From Vicugna vicugna (taxonomy: Eukaryota), in the NCBI GenBank assembly GCA_013265495.1, contig MU058065.1, forward strand, positions 10,147,720-10,211,719: a stretch of DNA of 64,000 nucleotides, given 5' to 3'. Under the pieces are notes generated by a model that saw only the letters and a program-made list of their open reading frames with translations, was not told the DNA's origin and made no database searches. Both the position numbers and the translations under genes were made by a program. Each line of letters begins with the position of its first letter. Positions within the stretch are counted from its first letter, which is position 1. Below, in pieces: positions 61,807 to 64,000 of the stretch.

Positions 61807-64000
61807 CTAACAAACAGTTGACAGAGCAGGACAGTCAGAAAAGAACAAATGAAAAATCTAATAAATACAATGCACTTAAAAGAAAACCCAAAGCATTCTA
61901 TAACGTGCAATTCAAAGCAAAATTTTGGCTTCTGCGTAAAGAAATCATGGCAGGAAACATTATGTTAACTGTAAACATGAGCAAAGTTGACTCATAGAAG
62001 AGCTCTTGCTTTGCATCAAAGTTATATTTTTCGTATTTACTTACTTTTGACACAGTTGAAGAAAAAATAAGTGCAATTATACATAGCTAGGTATTATATC
62101 ATTAATTAGAGTAAAAACGTGTAATACTGAAGTAATGTGTTCTAAATCATATGTATAATTTTATTCTAGTTCAAGAATATTAATTTACTAATCTCAAAGA
62201 GATAAATTAGAGGGGATAATGTTTTTTAAATGTTGTTTAACTTTCACTACATATCAGAGCAAAAAGCAAATTCTTAATTCAACGGTAAGAATTCATAGTC
62301 CTTTTAGAGAAGACTTACAAAAAATGTTATTGCTTGTAGATAGGTAAAAATCTGCATAAGTATGGGATTATCAAATCACAAAAAAATACTATATATTCAT
62401 ATAATTTTGGAGTCAGTATTTTTCAAGGTTTTTGAGTAATGAATAAGAGATAACATTTAAGAGTATAATTATAACATAAATGAAGATGAGACCAAACCAC
62501 ACATTTCCAGTTAAAATTAATAAATGAGTTAGAACTTACTACTTTCCTAAATCTAAATTTTCATAATGATGTTTGTTGAGTATAAGCACTTCAGATCACC
62601 AAAAATGAATGTAGATATTTACTTAGCTTAAATTCAATATTTCCTGGATTTATAAAAGTAAACCAAAAATGAATGCATCTTCAACTCAAATACGTTTCTT
62701 CTTTTTATAACTCTGGAGCATCCTTCCCTATAAATTATTTAGAGTCTTTTGGAGATTATTCACACTTTCTACATTTAAGCTGAAGATAACTGTCCAGCAA
62801 TAAAATAGCATGATGCTCTTTCACTTAGTAACAGTTTTCATTGCTGCATGGCTTTCTGGACAGCTCTTTCAGCTTTCATACACTGAGGTCCAGAATCATG
62901 ATTAAAATGCAGAGAAAATTCTTCTCATTATCAATAGTTGTAAATATTTTATGATTTAGATGCTATTTTAGTTGTCAGTAATTTCAAAATGAATAAATCA
63001 GAAAGTAATCAAGTGTACATTTTACTCACTTAAAACATTTTTATAATGGTATTTTCTTCAGAATTTTTCTTTCATTTACCTTTGGCTGCAACAAAATTTT
63101 TATAGTGATAAGCTGGTGGTGTAAATCAGAAACCATTTTATCAGTGAAGAAATGTTACAAGTTGAAATTTAAAGCATACACACTCCTTTTTAAAAGTCTA
63201 GATGCATATTTAACTTTGCTTTTATGTTCAATATGCAACACATTTTGAGTATTTATCTGTACTCAATCTTTGTTTTTGAATTCTCTTTTATGATCATACA
63301 TTTTATCTATTTGACAGAAAGCATTGACATTAACAGACATGAAATACATGCTGACAGAAATATGAATGTGTTCAAAAGACCTTTGACAGATTTGTGAATC
63401 ACAGACCCATATGAGTTATTAAGAGACAATTATCTATGTTGTAGAGAACCAGGACCCTCTTCTAGAAAGCATTTTTGGTGTGTATAAATGTAGCTGTTTA
63501 GATTTATTTTTAAAGTCTTGACAATATTTTCTCAATGATGGATATTATTGCCTTCAATCCTTAGCTAGAATAAATATCTCTATTACTATATAATCCTTAT
63601 TATTAGCTCTTGGTCATTCTTATTTTCCATCCTTGCCTTTTAGGAATAAGGTTAGCTTACATGTCACATTTCGAGGCGTTCAACAATGCTGTCGATTCAG
63701 AACGTCTACTTGAAAGAAAGAAGCTCCAGTCTTGGTGCAGCAATTTTATGATAAACTTGTTAAAGCCAGTAAAATACGTGTGAAAGATTTTTAAAAATGT
63801 AACTCTACACCAATGTGCCTGTGCCTGTCAGAGTAGTACTTCATTTTTCCAAGTACAATTGATTTAGGATGTACGTAAAATTCTCTCACATGCTATTATC
63901 ACATGTCATATTCCAATAATTGTTTCCATTTACTTAAATACCAGCGGAGACAAGATAGACAATAGCCCTTCCCAAACTGCCTCATTAAAAATATATTACA

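Noticed and set aside
1..64000. Prokaryote-style systems (operons, CRISPR arrays, defence islands) or a novel multi-gene system
   Set aside because: The sequence is mammalian repeat-rich DNA. No ORF in the track exceeds 116 aa, and I saw no regularly spaced repeat-spacer array.

Overview
AT-rich, CpG-depleted mammalian genomic DNA, most likely from a camelid: a tRNA-derived SINE resembling Vic-1 lies at 6750-6880, and there are young ungulate-type L1 3' ends. The window reads as intergenic or deep-intronic sequence, and I cannot identify any intact named protein-coding gene. The ORF track is explained by chance ORFs and decayed repeats. Well-supported features are a 5'-truncated RPL17 processed pseudogene with an 18-bp flanking direct repeat (35711-36200), a near-full-length dead Tigger1 DNA transposon with both TIRs and TA target duplications (46364-48700), solo LTRs (MER34-like with a 4-bp TSD, MER21-like, LTR33/LTR16-like), and many L1/L2/MIR/MER5 fragments and microsatellites. 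Items worth a second look are an isolated LTR-retroelement integrase-core fossil (40347-40583), an L1 reduced to 5'UTR + 21 nt of ORF2 + 3'UTR, several minus-strand candidate exons, a compact E-box/E-box/MEF2-TATA promoter candidate and an Oct/Sox/Fox motif cluster. I found no convincing evidence of a new biological system. Repeat family names come from remembered consensus sequences and need RepeatMasker/Dfam confirmation.
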